NCBI GenBank assembly: GCA_045593845.1 | Contig: JAZNXK010000004.1 | Span: forward strand, 78,296-142,295 | Direction: 5' to 3' | DNA from: Alphaproteobacteria bacterium | GTDB lineage: Bacteria; Pseudomonadota; Alphaproteobacteria; RF32; CAG-239 | Length of the DNA stretch: 64,000 bases | Shown here: one piece after another, positions 20,698-31,473 of the stretch | How the letters are laid out: the number at the start of each line of letters is the position of its first letter | How positions within the stretch are numbered: the first letter of the stretch is position 1 | Position numbers and translations under genes: made by a program | The notes under the pieces: generated by a model | The model's input: only the letters and a program-made list of their open reading frames with translations | The model's database searches: none | Told to the model about the DNA's origin: nothing

Positions 20698-20931
20698 TTA
20701 ATAAAACTCGATTTTCACTTTCTTGTCATAGAATTTTGCCAATTTAAAAACAAACCCCAAAAGATGAAAATTACCCAATTCCATAGCTTTCAAACTCTCA
20801 ATACCGATACCGGTTTTCATTGATAGCTCGGCAAACGAAAGCTCGGTATTTTCGCGCAAAAGTCGCACCTGCCGGCCAAAATCGTATTTCAATTCCCAAT
20901 GATTTTTCTTAAAAGTTTTTTTATCCTGCAT
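20698..20931 (-). CDS. XRE-family helix-turn-helix protein (77 aa)
   Basis: Cro/C1-type HTH pattern: VRLLRENTELSFAELSMKTGIGIESLKAME.G. Confidence 0.7.
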   Translation of the reverse strand: MQDKKTFKKNHWELKYDFGRQVRLLRENTELSFAELSMKTGIGIESLKAMELGNFHLLGFVFKLAKFYDKKVKIEFY

Positions 20932-21190
20932 TTTTTATAACTCCTTTGATTTTGTTAAAACAAAACCGCCTTTATAAAAAAGGCGGAGGAGCTGAAAAAC
21001 TGTCACAAAGCAGCCGCTCTTATTCAATATATTCGAGCACTCCTCCTAAAGGAGGATATTTTTTGTGATGATGTTTTCAGACACCACAACCGACATTTCG
21101 GTTGCAAGCAAAAGATATAACACTATACAGATTTTAGCAAGCAAATTTTATAAAAATTAAAAAACGCCTCATTTCGAGGCGTTTTTTCTT

Positions 21191-22132
21191 TTAATTCTCA
21201 CTATCCGGCGGTACCAAATCAGGAAGAGTTCCCAAAGCCTTTTTACGTTTCAGTTTTCCGACAAACTTAATTGAACGTTGGGCATCCCATTTCTTTTTGC
21301 CCTCTTCCACATTAAATATTTGCTTATAGACATCAACCGCCTGATCAAACTCTGAAAGCTTGGTCAAACAACTCGCCATACCGTCATAAAGCTTGTGATG
21401 ATAACGACCGTTATTTATTGACAATGCTTTTTTGTAGCATTTCAGAGCATCTTGAAATTTCATCATTTTTTGATAAACAAAGCCGATACTGATCCAAGCC
21501 TGAATCTCGCGACTGTTAATATTTAAAATTTTTGTAAAACATTTGAGTGCAGAAGCATTATCTCCCATCAACTGATAAGTAACTCCGACTCCGTTCCAAG
21601 CCTTGATGTTTGTCTTATCAATCGACAACACTTTCTTAAAGAACGAAATGGCTCTTTCAAATTGTTTCAGCTTTTGCAACGTTACCGCAATACTCAACAA
21701 TGTCTGTGAATATTGAGGATCAATCTTGATAGCCTGCTCCAAAACATCTAACGCTTCTTTATACAAATACATGTGTTGCAATGCAATAGCTTTGCCGTTC
21801 AAAGCCTCCAAAGATGTAGGGTCAATAGAAGCCGCAATATCAAACTGCGCAATAGCATCTTTGTAAAGTCCTCTCATTGAGAGAGTAACTCCCTTGTTAT
21901 TGATAATCTCGACTGATTGAGGATTTTTTTCCAAGGCCTTATCAAAACACTCAACAGCTTCGGTATATCTGCTGAGTTTTTGCAGAGCGAATCCCTTAGA
22001 GTTGAGAGCTTTCCAAAAATCGGGTTGCTCGGCAATTGCCTTATCAAATTGTTCTATTGCATCTTTATAAAAGCCTTGGTCCAAAAGCTCTTGTCCGCGG
22101 CGATATGAGTTATTTTCGTTAGATTTTACCAT
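21191..22132 (-). CDS. tetratricopeptide (TPR) repeat protein
   Basis: About 8 consecutive 34-aa TPR units (W..G....G.Y..A...F.KAL..P). Confidence 0.85.
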   Translation of the reverse strand: MVKSNENNSYRRGQELLDQGFYKDAIEQFDKAIAEQPDFWKALNSKGFALQKLSRYTEAVECFDKALEKNPQSVEIINNKGVTLSMRGLYKDAIAQFDIAASIDPTSLEALNGKAIALQHMYLYKEALDVLEQAIKIDPQYSQTLLSIAVTLQKLKQFERAISFFKKVLSIDKTNIKAWNGVGVTYQLMGDNASALKCFTKILNINSREIQAWISIGFVYQKMMKFQDALKCYKKALSINNGRYHHKLYDGMASCLTKLSEFDQAVDVYKQIFNVEEGKKKWDAQRSIKFVGKLKRKKALGTLPDLVPPDSEN

Positions 22133-22229
22133 TTCACTCTCTCTAGTTATACAAAATAATTACATTTTCGGATGATAGCACTAAATATATTTTTTGTCAA
22201 TAATTTAATTTTTCTGTCCGAGAAAAAAA

Positions 22230-23177
22230 TTAAATCACCTTCATTTGCTGATTTATCGGGATATCCGAGCGCACTTCCAGCCATTTGCAATCAAAACGAC
22301 GGCAAAAATCGCGCATAATTTTTCGCTTATCAGCAAAAAACCTTGCATATTCCTCAACAAACCCCTTTCCTCTCGAATCAAAAACCAAACTTTTGCCTGA
22401 ATTTTCAATCATATATTCTCCGGCAGGAGGGGCATTTTCTTCCAAAACATCATATACATCAACGCAAAAAAGCTGTGATTTTTTAGCAACTGCAGCAAGC
22501 AGTTTCTTTTCTTCTTCACCAAAATTGGCAAAATCGCTCAGCAAAAACATCACTGCCTGACTTTTCATATTTTTCAAAACCCCGTGAAGTGTTTTTTGCC
22601 AATCAGGTTTAACATTCTGTCGGTTCAAAACCATATTTTGCGTCGCCTCAATTTTTTTCAAAATCGCCAACAAATTAGCCCTGTCATTCTGCGGTTTACA
22701 ATGCCAAATCTTCTCTCCGTCAAAAATAAAGGCTCCGAATCTGTCATTATTTTTTTGCGCCATCCAGCCTATCAAGGCGGCAATTTTACTCGCCGTAACT
22801 GATTTCAGCTCTTTTTTGGTCCCAAACAGCATCGACGGGGACAAATCTAAAAAGACATAAATTTCCCTATCCCTTTCTTCAGCATAAACCTTGGTATAAG
22901 GGGTGTTCTTGCGCGCCGTAACCCGCCAGTCAATATCTCTGACATCATCACCGAAAGAATATTCTCGTATCTCTTCCATTTCGATACCGCGCCCCTTAAA
23001 GGCAGATTTGACATCACCGGCTTTATCAGATGTTTTGAGTTTGTTTTTAATATGCAGAAAAACCACACCTTTCCTCTGCTCCATCAAATCCTCCAAATTC
23101 GCAACCAACGCGGAATTTGAATTTTGATTTTGCGAAGAACCCAAAATTTTGGCGGCAATTTTTCTTATTTCAACCAT
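22230..23177 (-). CDS. DUF58 (vWA-like) protein, MoxR partner
   Basis: REY..GDD.R.IDW..TAR motif, directly downstream of the MoxR ATPase. Confidence 0.8.
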   Translation of the reverse strand: MVEIRKIAAKILGSSQNQNSNSALVANLEDLMEQRKGVVFLHIKNKLKTSDKAGDVKSAFKGRGIEMEEIREYSFGDDVRDIDWRVTARKNTPYTKVYAEERDREIYVFLDLSPSMLFGTKKELKSVTASKIAALIGWMAQKNNDRFGAFIFDGEKIWHCKPQNDRANLLAILKKIEATQNMVLNRQNVKPDWQKTLHGVLKNMKSQAVMFLLSDFANFGEEEKKLLAAVAKKSQLFCVDVYDVLEENAPPAGEYMIENSGKSLVFDSRGKGFVEEYARFFADKRKIMRDFCRRFDCKWLEVRSDIPINQQMKVI

Positions 23178-23186
23178 ATTAAATCC

Positions 23187-24158
23187 TTACGGCAACGGCA
23201 CAACATTCAACAAAGCCGCAATCACATCATCGCTTGTTTTACCGTCTGCCTGCGCCTCAAAACTCAAAATAACTCTGTGACGCAAAATATCATAAACCAC
23301 GCCATGAATATCCTCCGGTGCCACAAAATCTCGTCCGTCAAGCCAAGCATTGATTTTTGCACATCTGTCAAGCGCAATCGTTGCGCGCGGACTTGCCCCG
23401 AACATAACCATTCCGGCCAAATTTTCATCATATTTTTCAGGTCTTCTGGTCGCCACAATCAACTGCACCAAATATTCTTCAAGCTCCGGACTCAAATATA
23501 CTCCCGACGCTTCGCGAGTCGCGGCCTCAACATCAGCAATATCCAACTTTTCAAAATTATTTTGCTTATCCGGTGCCGCAAAAGCTTGTTCACCGCGCAC
23601 CAAACGCAAAATTTTATGCTCATCGGCCGCCGTCGGCTGACCAATTTTAATATACATCAAAAACCTGTCCAACTGCGCTTCGGGCAAATTATAAGTTCCC
23701 TCGTGCTCAATCGGGTTTTGTGTTGCCATAACCATAAAGAGCCTCGGCAACTCAAAACGTTGTCCGCCGACACTGACTTGTTTTTCAGCCATTGCCTCCA
23801 ACAAAGCGGATTGCACTTTTGCCGGCGCACGGTTAATCTCATCTGCCAGCACCAAATTGGCAAAAATCGGACCTTTTCTAAACTCAAAAGCACCTTTTTG
23901 TGCCACATAAATCTCGCTTCCGGTAATATCCGACGGCAACAAATCCGGCGTAAACTGAATGCGGTTAAAACTTGCCGAAATACAATCGGCCAAAGTTCTT
24001 ATCGCCTTGGTTTTTGCCAAGCCCGGAGCTCCCTCAACCAAAGCATTTCCGCCGGCAAGCATGGTAATTATCATCTTTTTGACCAAATCTTTTTGTCCCA
24101 CGATTTTTGAGTTCATATATTCGGTCAAACCAATAATTTTTTGCAGATTTTCTGACAT
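23187..24158 (-). CDS. MoxR-like AAA+ ATPase
   Basis: Walker A (EGAPGLAKT), Walker B (LLADEINRAP) and ATQNP motif. Start placed at MSENLQ, which has an RBS. Confidence 0.9.
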   Translation of the reverse strand: MSENLQKIIGLTEYMNSKIVGQKDLVKKMIITMLAGGNALVEGAPGLAKTKAIRTLADCISASFNRIQFTPDLLPSDITGSEIYVAQKGAFEFRKGPIFANLVLADEINRAPAKVQSALLEAMAEKQVSVGGQRFELPRLFMVMATQNPIEHEGTYNLPEAQLDRFLMYIKIGQPTAADEHKILRLVRGEQAFAAPDKQNNFEKLDIADVEAATREASGVYLSPELEEYLVQLIVATRRPEKYDENLAGMVMFGASPRATIALDRCAKINAWLDGRDFVAPEDIHGVVYDILRHRVILSFEAQADGKTSDDVIAALLNVVPLP

Positions 24159-24257
24159 TTTTCCCTCTTTTGAGTATATTACAAAAAAATAGCTTTTACT
24201 TTTGCTATAATAATGTAATATAGGCGCCAGAAAACAAAAAAACAAGAAGTATCCACC

Positions 24258-26570
24258 ATGAATGATATATTTGAGCTAGAAAATTCAGAAATTGCCCCAG
24301 TTTATGACAACACATCCTCTCTGATGCAACAAGATCCTTGGCTCGAAGAGCTTAATCCGGAGCAAAAAGAAGCAGTCACCACCACCGAAGGACCACTTTT
24401 GGTGCTGTCCGGTGCCGGCACCGGCAAAACCCGAGTTTTGACCACACGTTTGGCATATATCTTGGCACATCATCTCGCCAACCCGTGGAACTGTCTTGTT
24501 GTAACCTTTACCAACCGCGCAGCCAAAGAAATGACCGAGCGCGCCAAAAATATGATTGGAGAAGCGGTAAATTCCGTATGGATGGGAACTTTTCACGGCA
24601 TTTGCGTCAAAATTCTGCGCCAAAATGCCGAACTTGTCGGATTGCAATCCAATTTTACCATTCTGGGTGAAGACGACCAAAAAAGGGTGATCAAGCAAAT
24701 ATCCCAAGAAATGGGTATTGACGACAAAAAATACCCTCCACAGGCCTTGCTCGAAAAAATCCAGCTATGGAAAGACAAAGGCTTGACCGCTGACAAACTC
24801 AATCCTGATTTTCACGGCAACACTCTGACCAAAATTTATCAACTCTACCAGCAAAGATTAACCGAGCAAAATTGCGTTGACTTCGGCGATATTTTGCTTC
24901 TGTCGCTGAAAATTTTGATGACCTACCCCGAAGTGGCGGAAAAATATCAGGATAGATTTCATTACATTATGGTTGACGAGTACCAAGATACTAATGTCAC
25001 CCAGTATCTCCTGTTGCGACTTTTGAGCCAAAAACACCGCAATATATGCTGTGTCGGTGATGATGACCAATCAATATATTCTTGGCGCGGCGCCGAAATA
25101 GAAAATATTTTGCGCTTTGAAAAAGACTTTGCCAATGCCAAAATCATCCGCTTGGAACGCAATTATCGCTCCACAGCCAATATTTTAGCCGCCGCTTCCG
25201 CATTGATAAGTCATAATCAAGGACGTTTGGGCAAAACTCTCATTGTCGCCGAAAACAGCCCTGCAACCGCAAAAGAAAATAATAAAATCAAGATAGTAAG
25301 CACATATTCCGGCAACGACGAAGCCTCTTATGTTGCTTCGGAAATAGAGAACTTGCACCGCTCCGGCTTGCCATACTCGGAAATTTCCGTTTTAGTTCGC
25401 ACAGCAGCACAAACCCGCGAGTTTGAAGAAAAATTTATTGCCGAGGCTTTACCTTATCAGGTAATCGGCGGCCCTAAATTCTACGAAAGAGCCGAAATCA
25501 GAGATATTTTGGCCTATCTGCGTGTGATAGTCCAACCGGCAGATAATTTGGCTCTTGAACGCATCATAAACAAACCGACGCGAGGCATCGGAGCTAAAAC
25601 AATAGAGAAATTACATACCGTCGCCAGAGAAAACCAAATCTCTATGTATAGCGCCATAAAGAAAAGTTTAGAAGAAAATATTTTTTCCGGAAAAACAAAG
25701 GACAATCTCTCAAATTTAATGCAAAACTTTAATTTATGGCAAGAAAATTCCATAGCTCTTTCACCTGACGAAATTGTGCTCCAAGTAATCGAAGATTCAG
25801 GCTATATGGAGATGTTGCAAAACGAAAAAACACCGGAATCTGAAGGTCGTATCGAGAACTTGAAAGAACTTGTAAATGTGATGAGCGACCGCAAATTATA
25901 CCCGACATTATCGGAATTTTTAGAACACGTAAGTCTGGTAATGGACAACGATACTTCTATTGACCGCAACAAAGTAACCTTGATGACACTTCACTCTGCC
26001 AAAGGACTTGAATTTGATGCGGTTTTTCTCCCCGGATGGGAAGAAGGTCTGTTTCCGCACCAGCGCTCACTTGATGAAGGGCAAAGCAGTGCCTTGGAAG
26101 AAGAACGCAGACTTGCTTATGTTGCCATAACCCGCGCCAAGCAAAAAGTATATATCTGCGTAGCTCTGAACCGCCGCATATACGGACAATGGCAGAGCAA
26201 TATTCCTTCGCGATTTATCAATGAAATTCCGCCGCAGAATATAGAAATTTGCAATTACAGCGCAACTTTCGGCGCACCATATAAAAAACAACAAAATTAC
26301 AATAAAACAAGTTATTACAATAAGAATTTAAACAATAACATTAACGAAAGCGATGACCGTTTTAGCTACGAACCGATTGACGACGGCTATAATTATTCTT
26401 ACCAATATACCCACCAAAAAGGTAATTCTCAATTTCCTGCCGGCAGCAGAGTATTCCACTCATCTTTCGGATATGGCAAAGTTATCGCCGCCGAAGGCAA
26501 CTCACTGGAAATATTCTTTGATAAATACGGACGTAAAAAAATTCTGCAGGACTACGTCTGCAAGGCTTAA
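24258..26570 (+). CDS. uvrD: UvrD/Rep/PcrA-family ATP-dependent DNA helicase
   Basis: Helicase motifs GAGTGKT, VDEYQDTN, YRS, LMTLHSAKGLEF, VAITRA. Low-complexity N/Y linker plus a C-terminal Tudor-like tail. Confidence 0.9.
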   Translation: MNDIFELENSEIAPVYDNTSSLMQQDPWLEELNPEQKEAVTTTEGPLLVLSGAGTGKTRVLTTRLAYILAHHLANPWNCLVVTFTNRAAKEMTERAKNMIGEAVNSVWMGTFHGICVKILRQNAELVGLQSNFTILGEDDQKRVIKQISQEMGIDDKKYPPQALLEKIQLWKDKGLTADKLNPDFHGNTLTKIYQLYQQRLTEQNCVDFGDILLLSLKILMTYPEVAEKYQDRFHYIMVDEYQDTNVTQYLLLRLLSQKHRNICCVGDDDQSIYSWRGAEIENILRFEKDFANAKIIRLERNYRSTANILAAASALISHNQGRLGKTLIVAENSPATAKENNKIKIVSTYSGNDEASYVASEIENLHRSGLPYSEISVLVRTAAQTREFEEKFIAEALPYQVIGGPKFYERAEIRDILAYLRVIVQPADNLALERIINKPTRGIGAKTIEKLHTVARENQISMYSAIKKSLEENIFSGKTKDNLSNLMQNFNLWQENSIALSPDEIVLQVIEDSGYMEMLQNEKTPESEGRIENLKELVNVMSDRKLYPTLSEFLEHVSLVMDNDTSIDRNKVTLMTLHSAKGLEFDAVFLPGWEEGLFPHQRSLDEGQSSALEEERRLAYVAITRAKQKVYICVALNRRIYGQWQSNIPSRFINEIPPQNIEICNYSATFGAPYKKQQNYNKTSYYNKNLNNNINESDDRFSYEPIDDGYNYSYQYTHQKGNSQFPAGSRVFHSSFGYGKVIAAEGNSLEIFFDKYGRKKILQDYVCKA

Positions 26571-27154
26571 TCATACCCCAAAAAATGCCTATATCTTGCT
26601 CTTGTAAAACCACTGGAAGTCCTCATTCTGGCTTCCAATATCTCTCTACGCAAAATATCTTCCATATAATTGCTTGGAGTTTCAAACAATTCCTCATCCG
26701 GAATACTGTCCCACAAAACCGCTTGTCGCTCTGCATCGGTAGTAACATCATCAAAGGTAGATGTTCTGTTTCTCTCCAAAAATCTGCTCGAAAACTTTGT
26801 ATGTTCAGCCAAAATACGAGATTTCATTTCATCAACTTTTTTGATATTTTCCTCGGTTTTGTCTCTATCGCTGGCAAAATGCACTGTTTTTGCACCGTTA
26901 ACCTTATTAACAGCAACAACCAACGGCGGCAACAAGTCCTTCAGGTTCTTTCTCTGTGCTTCCGGCAGCTGCTTAGCACGCAGACGTCGCAAACTCTCAT
27001 GAAGCATCACATTTCCTTCAGGAACAACCTTTACCCAATCAAAAAACTGCTCTCCTGTTTCCTGATTATAAGTTGCCATCAAACGATAAGCATCCTGCTT
27101 CCTCAAATCTACTTCTTGTAAATCTCTATCCAAAATACCCATCTCAATCTCCAT
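26567..27154 (-). CDS. hypothetical protein (195 aa)
   Basis: ORF convergent with uvrD and overlapping its stop by 4 nt. No family recognised. Confidence 0.5.
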   Translation of the reverse strand: MEIEMGILDRDLQEVDLRKQDAYRLMATYNQETGEQFFDWVKVVPEGNVMLHESLRRLRAKQLPEAQRKNLKDLLPPLVVAVNKVNGAKTVHFASDRDKTEENIKKVDEMKSRILAEHTKFSSRFLERNRTSTFDDVTTDAERQAVLWDSIPDEELFETPSNYMEDILRREILEARMRTSSGFTRARYRHFLGYD

Positions 27155-27240
27155 AAAAAACAGATTTACGATATTTAAGCCTTTTTAGCAGCAATGTCAA
27201 TAGGCATAGATATTATTTTTCTGCTCAAACTTGCAAAATT

Positions 27241-28749
27241 TTAATAATTTCCCCTACCCCTGTTACGCAACATTTTCATTTTTGACGCAATGTCCAAAGG
27301 TTTTTCAGGCGCTTGTGTTTCTGATGTTTTTTCTTGTTCAGAAACAACCAATTTACCATTTCTGGCATCAACAATGTTTGCCGGATTTTCCATAATCGCA
27401 CGAAAATAAGGATTTGACTTATTCGCACACACAATTGAATATATATTTGAAAGTTCCTCAAAGGCACCTGCAGCGCGAACATCAGTAGCCATCATGCCGA
27501 TACTATCATCAACTGCATACTTTCCCATCTTGCGCAGCATACCTTTCAAAAAATCATCAGCATTCACATAAAAAGATTTAGAGGCCAAAATTGATAACCT
27601 AGCTTGAATATACTGATAATCACTTACGGCCTGCTTCTGCGGATCATCATTTTTCTCCCGATGACTTGTCATTTTTTCCAGCAGTTTTATTTCTTTCTTT
27701 TTCAGCAGGCTGTGTCTGATTTTTTCAATCTTAATTTTGTCTTTTCCGAAAAAATTTATCACTTTTGCGGGAAGCGCTTTTCCCAACGCCGACAAAGTAT
27801 CTCTGCGCCAACCGTTTTCTTTCTCCGAGTGACCGTCAAGAACATTACCATCTATAAATGCCCGATAAGTGCGAGGAGAATAAGCTTTTTCAAAAACAAT
27901 TTTCTCACACAAATCTGAAAGTTTCTTTCCGTTCAAGCTACCGTCTGCATTAAAATACTCACCACGTTTTCCGTTCTTACGAATAGCGGCAACTTCGCGC
28001 GTAGCTGCATACATTGCCGCTCTGCAGGCATATAGCTTCTTAAAATCAGAACCTTCTATATGAAGTGCCCCCATAAGCACCCCCGTAGAATGTTCAACAT
28101 CACCTACACTTCTGGCATAAACAGCTTGTTTTAAGAAGTCCGCCCTTGTTTCTTGCCTCAACATCAATGCAGATTGCGCAAAAATCATTGCATGAGTTTC
28201 TTTCAGATAAAGCTTATATCTGTCAGGAGAAACAAATTTGCGCTTTTTATCTAGGGGATTTTCCAGCCCCTTTTCAGAAAGAGCATACATTTTATCAATT
28301 GTATCATCATCAAAAAGATTATATTTTCTTTGATATGAATGCGCCAATTCATGGTAACGAGTATCTTTACTATTATTACTAAAAGCGAAAAAAATCGTAC
28401 CATCATAATTTCTGCCACCGCCTGATCGTGTAGAATGCCCCACTTCAACGGAATATTCCCCATTCGGCATTGGCCTTAACACTCCCAATTTAAGCAATCT
28501 CTTCTCTGCATCAATCGGTGTTATTTCGTGCATTTGTGCATAACCGTCAATAACCATCTTATAATCATAATGAAGTTCATTATCGACTTTAGAATTATGA
28601 ATATCCCCATATGAAAAAGATGCTGTCCCTGTCTCTTTTGACATTATAACAATATCTTGCTCTATAGCCGCATTCACATCAACTGCCAGCACACTTTGCT
28701 CTCGAATATCTTCCATCCGATTTATGGCATCTTTCGTAGATTCAACCAC
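27241..28749 (-). CDS. hypothetical protein with HExxH motif (502 aa)
   Basis: Long ORF carrying YHELAHSYQ, a possible zincin signature. Confidence 0.55.
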   Translation of the reverse strand: MVESTKDAINRMEDIREQSVLAVDVNAAIEQDIVIMSKETGTASFSYGDIHNSKVDNELHYDYKMVIDGYAQMHEITPIDAEKRLLKLGVLRPMPNGEYSVEVGHSTRSGGGRNYDGTIFFAFSNNSKDTRYHELAHSYQRKYNLFDDDTIDKMYALSEKGLENPLDKKRKFVSPDRYKLYLKETHAMIFAQSALMLRQETRADFLKQAVYARSVGDVEHSTGVLMGALHIEGSDFKKLYACRAAMYAATREVAAIRKNGKRGEYFNADGSLNGKKLSDLCEKIVFEKAYSPRTYRAFIDGNVLDGHSEKENGWRRDTLSALGKALPAKVINFFGKDKIKIEKIRHSLLKKKEIKLLEKMTSHREKNDDPQKQAVSDYQYIQARLSILASKSFYVNADDFLKGMLRKMGKYAVDDSIGMMATDVRAAGAFEELSNIYSIVCANKSNPYFRAIMENPANIVDARNGKLVVSEQEKTSETQAPEKPLDIASKMKMLRNRGRGNY

Positions 28750-28860
28750 TGCAACTCTCCGTTACAAAAAAACAACTGTTTTTAGTATAACACATTTTTT
28801 GCAGAGTTTCATCAAGTTTTCATTACAATCTATACTTATCAGCAAATCTTGCTAACAAAT

Positions 28861-29310
28861 CTACTTGCTGTCAACTTTTCCTGCAATCAGCACCACTCCG
28901 TCGCGGACATCAGTAATCTTGACCAAATCCCCTGTTTTCAAATTATCAGGACATTCTACAATCCAAACCGTATCCCCGACCGCAACCTTGGCTCTTCCGT
29001 CAACAACATCTTGCACCAGCTTATAGCTGCGCCCGATATACTGTGCCGCCATATTATTCAAATTTTGAGCACTTCTCGGAGCTTTTACCATCAGCATAAT
29101 TTTGCGATAGACATACAGGCCCAAAACCGCAAAAATAGCCGAAATAATTGAAAACATCAGCAATTGCTTTGTCAACGTGAGTGTTACAAAAAATACCACC
29201 GCCCCGACAACACAAGCCGAAAAACCAAACCATATCAAATAAGTTCCGGGAACAAAAAACTCAAGCACAATAAGTATAATTCCAAGTGACAACCATTGTA
29301 TATAAGTCAT
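28861..29310 (-). CDS. NfeD-family membrane protein
   Basis: N-terminal TM segments plus a C-terminal OB-like soluble domain, immediately downstream of the SPFH gene. Confidence 0.75.
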   Translation of the reverse strand: MTYIQWLSLGIILIVLEFFVPGTYLIWFGFSACVVGAVVFFVTLTLTKQLLMFSIISAIFAVLGLYVYRKIMLMVKAPRSAQNLNNMAAQYIGRSYKLVQDVVDGRAKVAVGDTVWIVECPDNLKTGDLVKITDVRDGVVLIAGKVDSK

Positions 29311-29319
29311 TTTCGGCTC

Positions 29320-30237
29320 CTATTTCTTGCTATTTTTGTCTTTTACGACTTCTTTGGCAATCTCGGCGATTCCGGCCAGCGAGCTCATCAGATTTTGTGT
29401 CTCCATCGGCAACATCAACAATTTTTGATTTGGAGAGGTCACAATTCCCTGCAAAGCATCAACATATTTCAAGCCCAAAAAATAATTGAGCGCTTTAGCA
29501 TCACCTTTTACAATGGCTTCTGACATCATACGTGTAGCATTAGCCTCGGCCTCTGCAGTACGTTCTCTAGCCTCTGCGGCACGGAAAGCAGCTTCTTTTT
29601 CAGCTTCTGCCGCCAAAATACGAGATTGTTTCTCGCCTTCCGATTTCAAAATTTCGGACTGACGGATACCCTCCGCCTCAAGAATATTGGCGCGTTTTTC
29701 ACGCTCTGCCTTCATCTGTCTTGCCATTGAATCAATCAAATCACGCGGCGGAGTAATATCCTTGATTTCTACACGAGTAACCTTTACACCCCAAGGAATT
29801 GTCGCCTCATCCACCACTGCCAACAAACGATGATTGATTGAATCTCTCTGCGATAAAAGCTCATCAATCTCCATACCTCCGATAACCGTTCGAATATTTG
29901 TCATAATCAAATTCAATATTGCTTGGTCAAGATTTCGCACCTGATAGGCCGCATTTTCAGCCTTTTGAATCTGAAAAAACAGCACTCCGTCAACTTTAAC
30001 CATGGCATTATCTTTGGTAATAACTTCTTGCGGCGGAACATCCAAAACCTGCTCCATACGGTTAATTTTTGCACCTATACGCTCAAGAATCGGCACCAAA
30101 ATATGAAACCCCGGATCAAGCGAGCGAGTGTATTTTCCCAAAAACTCAACCGTATATTCGTATCCCTGACGGACAATCACCACAGACGAGGCAAGAGCCA
30201 CCAAAATCAATATCAACAAAACTATCGCAACTGCCAT
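29320..30237 (-). CDS. SPFH/band-7 (stomatin/QmcA-like) protein
   Basis: N-terminal TM, an SPFH core, then an Ala/Glu-rich coiled coil. Start placed at MAVAIVLL. Confidence 0.88.
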   Translation of the reverse strand: MAVAIVLLILILVALASSVVIVRQGYEYTVEFLGKYTRSLDPGFHILVPILERIGAKINRMEQVLDVPPQEVITKDNAMVKVDGVLFFQIQKAENAAYQVRNLDQAILNLIMTNIRTVIGGMEIDELLSQRDSINHRLLAVVDEATIPWGVKVTRVEIKDITPPRDLIDSMARQMKAEREKRANILEAEGIRQSEILKSEGEKQSRILAAEAEKEAAFRAAEARERTAEAEANATRMMSEAIVKGDAKALNYFLGLKYVDALQGIVTSPNQKLLMLPMETQNLMSSLAGIAEIAKEVVKDKNSKK

Positions 30238-30357
30238 TGTTCTATCCTTTCGCAAAATGTAAACATACACCCAGTATAGCTATCATAAAAGCTATTACAA
30301 CGAAGAATTTAACAATATCCGCAATTTTAAGAGCTACAAATCCGCCGAATTTCAGAT

Positions 30358-31362
30358 TTATGTAACGGCTATTCTAATAATCGGTATTTCCAACTCATCT
30401 TTAGTAATGCCGGCATGATTACTTTTTAATAAATCTTGATTATTATTTTGCTTCATTTCATAATCACCCGTCGCCAAAGCAACATAATCCCCGACAAAGC
30501 GCACCGGCTCTTCGGCATGCAAATAATCCTTTTCAAATTCTGCTTTGGTAACCAACTTAAACTCACTGCCGAAATACTTGTCAAATATAACCGGAAATTC
30601 CTTGATATATTCAGGTTTTATAAAGAGCGAAACACAACGCGGCTCCAAAGAAATCGGATGCAATAAAGTTTCCGCAAAATCAGGATAATCCCCCACAAAG
30701 AAATATTTAACATCTCTATGCCCGTGATCAGCGGTTATTAAAATATCGGTTTTATTATGTATTTTCTGAAAGGCGAGCTCAATTTTTTGTTCCATTTCCC
30801 GCAACAACGCCTTTACCCTCGGCTCTTTAGACCCGAAATGATGCAATGCCGCATCCGGCTCATTCCAATATGCATATATATAAGCATCTGTCTCTTGATT
30901 GCACAATTCAACAACATGGTTCAACCACTCATCAAAAGTATCAAAGCCGTCAGGAGCAAAATTTGGCAGAACCTCAAAAGCACGCCTCCCCTCGCATACC
31001 ATTCTTTCAACAACCGTCTTGCAAGGCAATCTGTTTGTGTGTTGCGGCAACTTCGAAATTTCGCCGGTATAATAATTTCTATTGAGGAACACCTCTATCA
31101 CTTCATCCGTTTCCGAAAAATATTGTGCCCATCCGATAAAACCTGTTTTCCACGGCATTTCTCCGGTTCTGTATGCTGTTGTCGCGGCAACCGTAGTCGC
31201 AGGAATAAGGGCTTCTTCCACATCAGTTAGATGAGTATAAAAGAAACCTTTTTTATCGAGCATTTTATCCATTACTGACACACCCATACCGTCCAAAATC
31301 ATAACCAGACGGTTTTCACCGCGAGCATCTTGCATTTTTTTCAAACGTTCTAAAATAGCCAT
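30358..31362 (-). CDS. alkaline-phosphatase-superfamily protein (nucleotide pyrophosphatase/PglZ-like)
   Basis: ILDGMG near the N-terminus and a TADHGH metal-site motif. Start placed at MAILERL. Confidence 0.65.
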   Translation of the reverse strand: MAILERLKKMQDARGENRLVMILDGMGVSVMDKMLDKKGFFYTHLTDVEEALIPATTVAATTAYRTGEMPWKTGFIGWAQYFSETDEVIEVFLNRNYYTGEISKLPQHTNRLPCKTVVERMVCEGRRAFEVLPNFAPDGFDTFDEWLNHVVELCNQETDAYIYAYWNEPDAALHHFGSKEPRVKALLREMEQKIELAFQKIHNKTDILITADHGHRDVKYFFVGDYPDFAETLLHPISLEPRCVSLFIKPEYIKEFPVIFDKYFGSEFKLVTKAEFEKDYLHAEEPVRFVGDYVALATGDYEMKQNNNQDLLKSNHAGITKDELEIPIIRIAVT

Positions 31363-31473
31363 ACTCTTTTCCCTAAAAAAACCGATTTCAAGTATATTCC
31401 TAAAAAGCAAAATAGCAAGGAATTTATACACTATTCTGCCAACCTATACTATTTTATGCCCCTTGTTTTTGTC

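Noticed and set aside
23124-24110. A 328-aa plus-strand ORF.
   Set aside because: It is entirely antisense to the MoxR ATPase and DUF58 genes, which have clear motifs. Its composition is low-complexity (R/Q/I/N-rich), typical of a shadow ORF.
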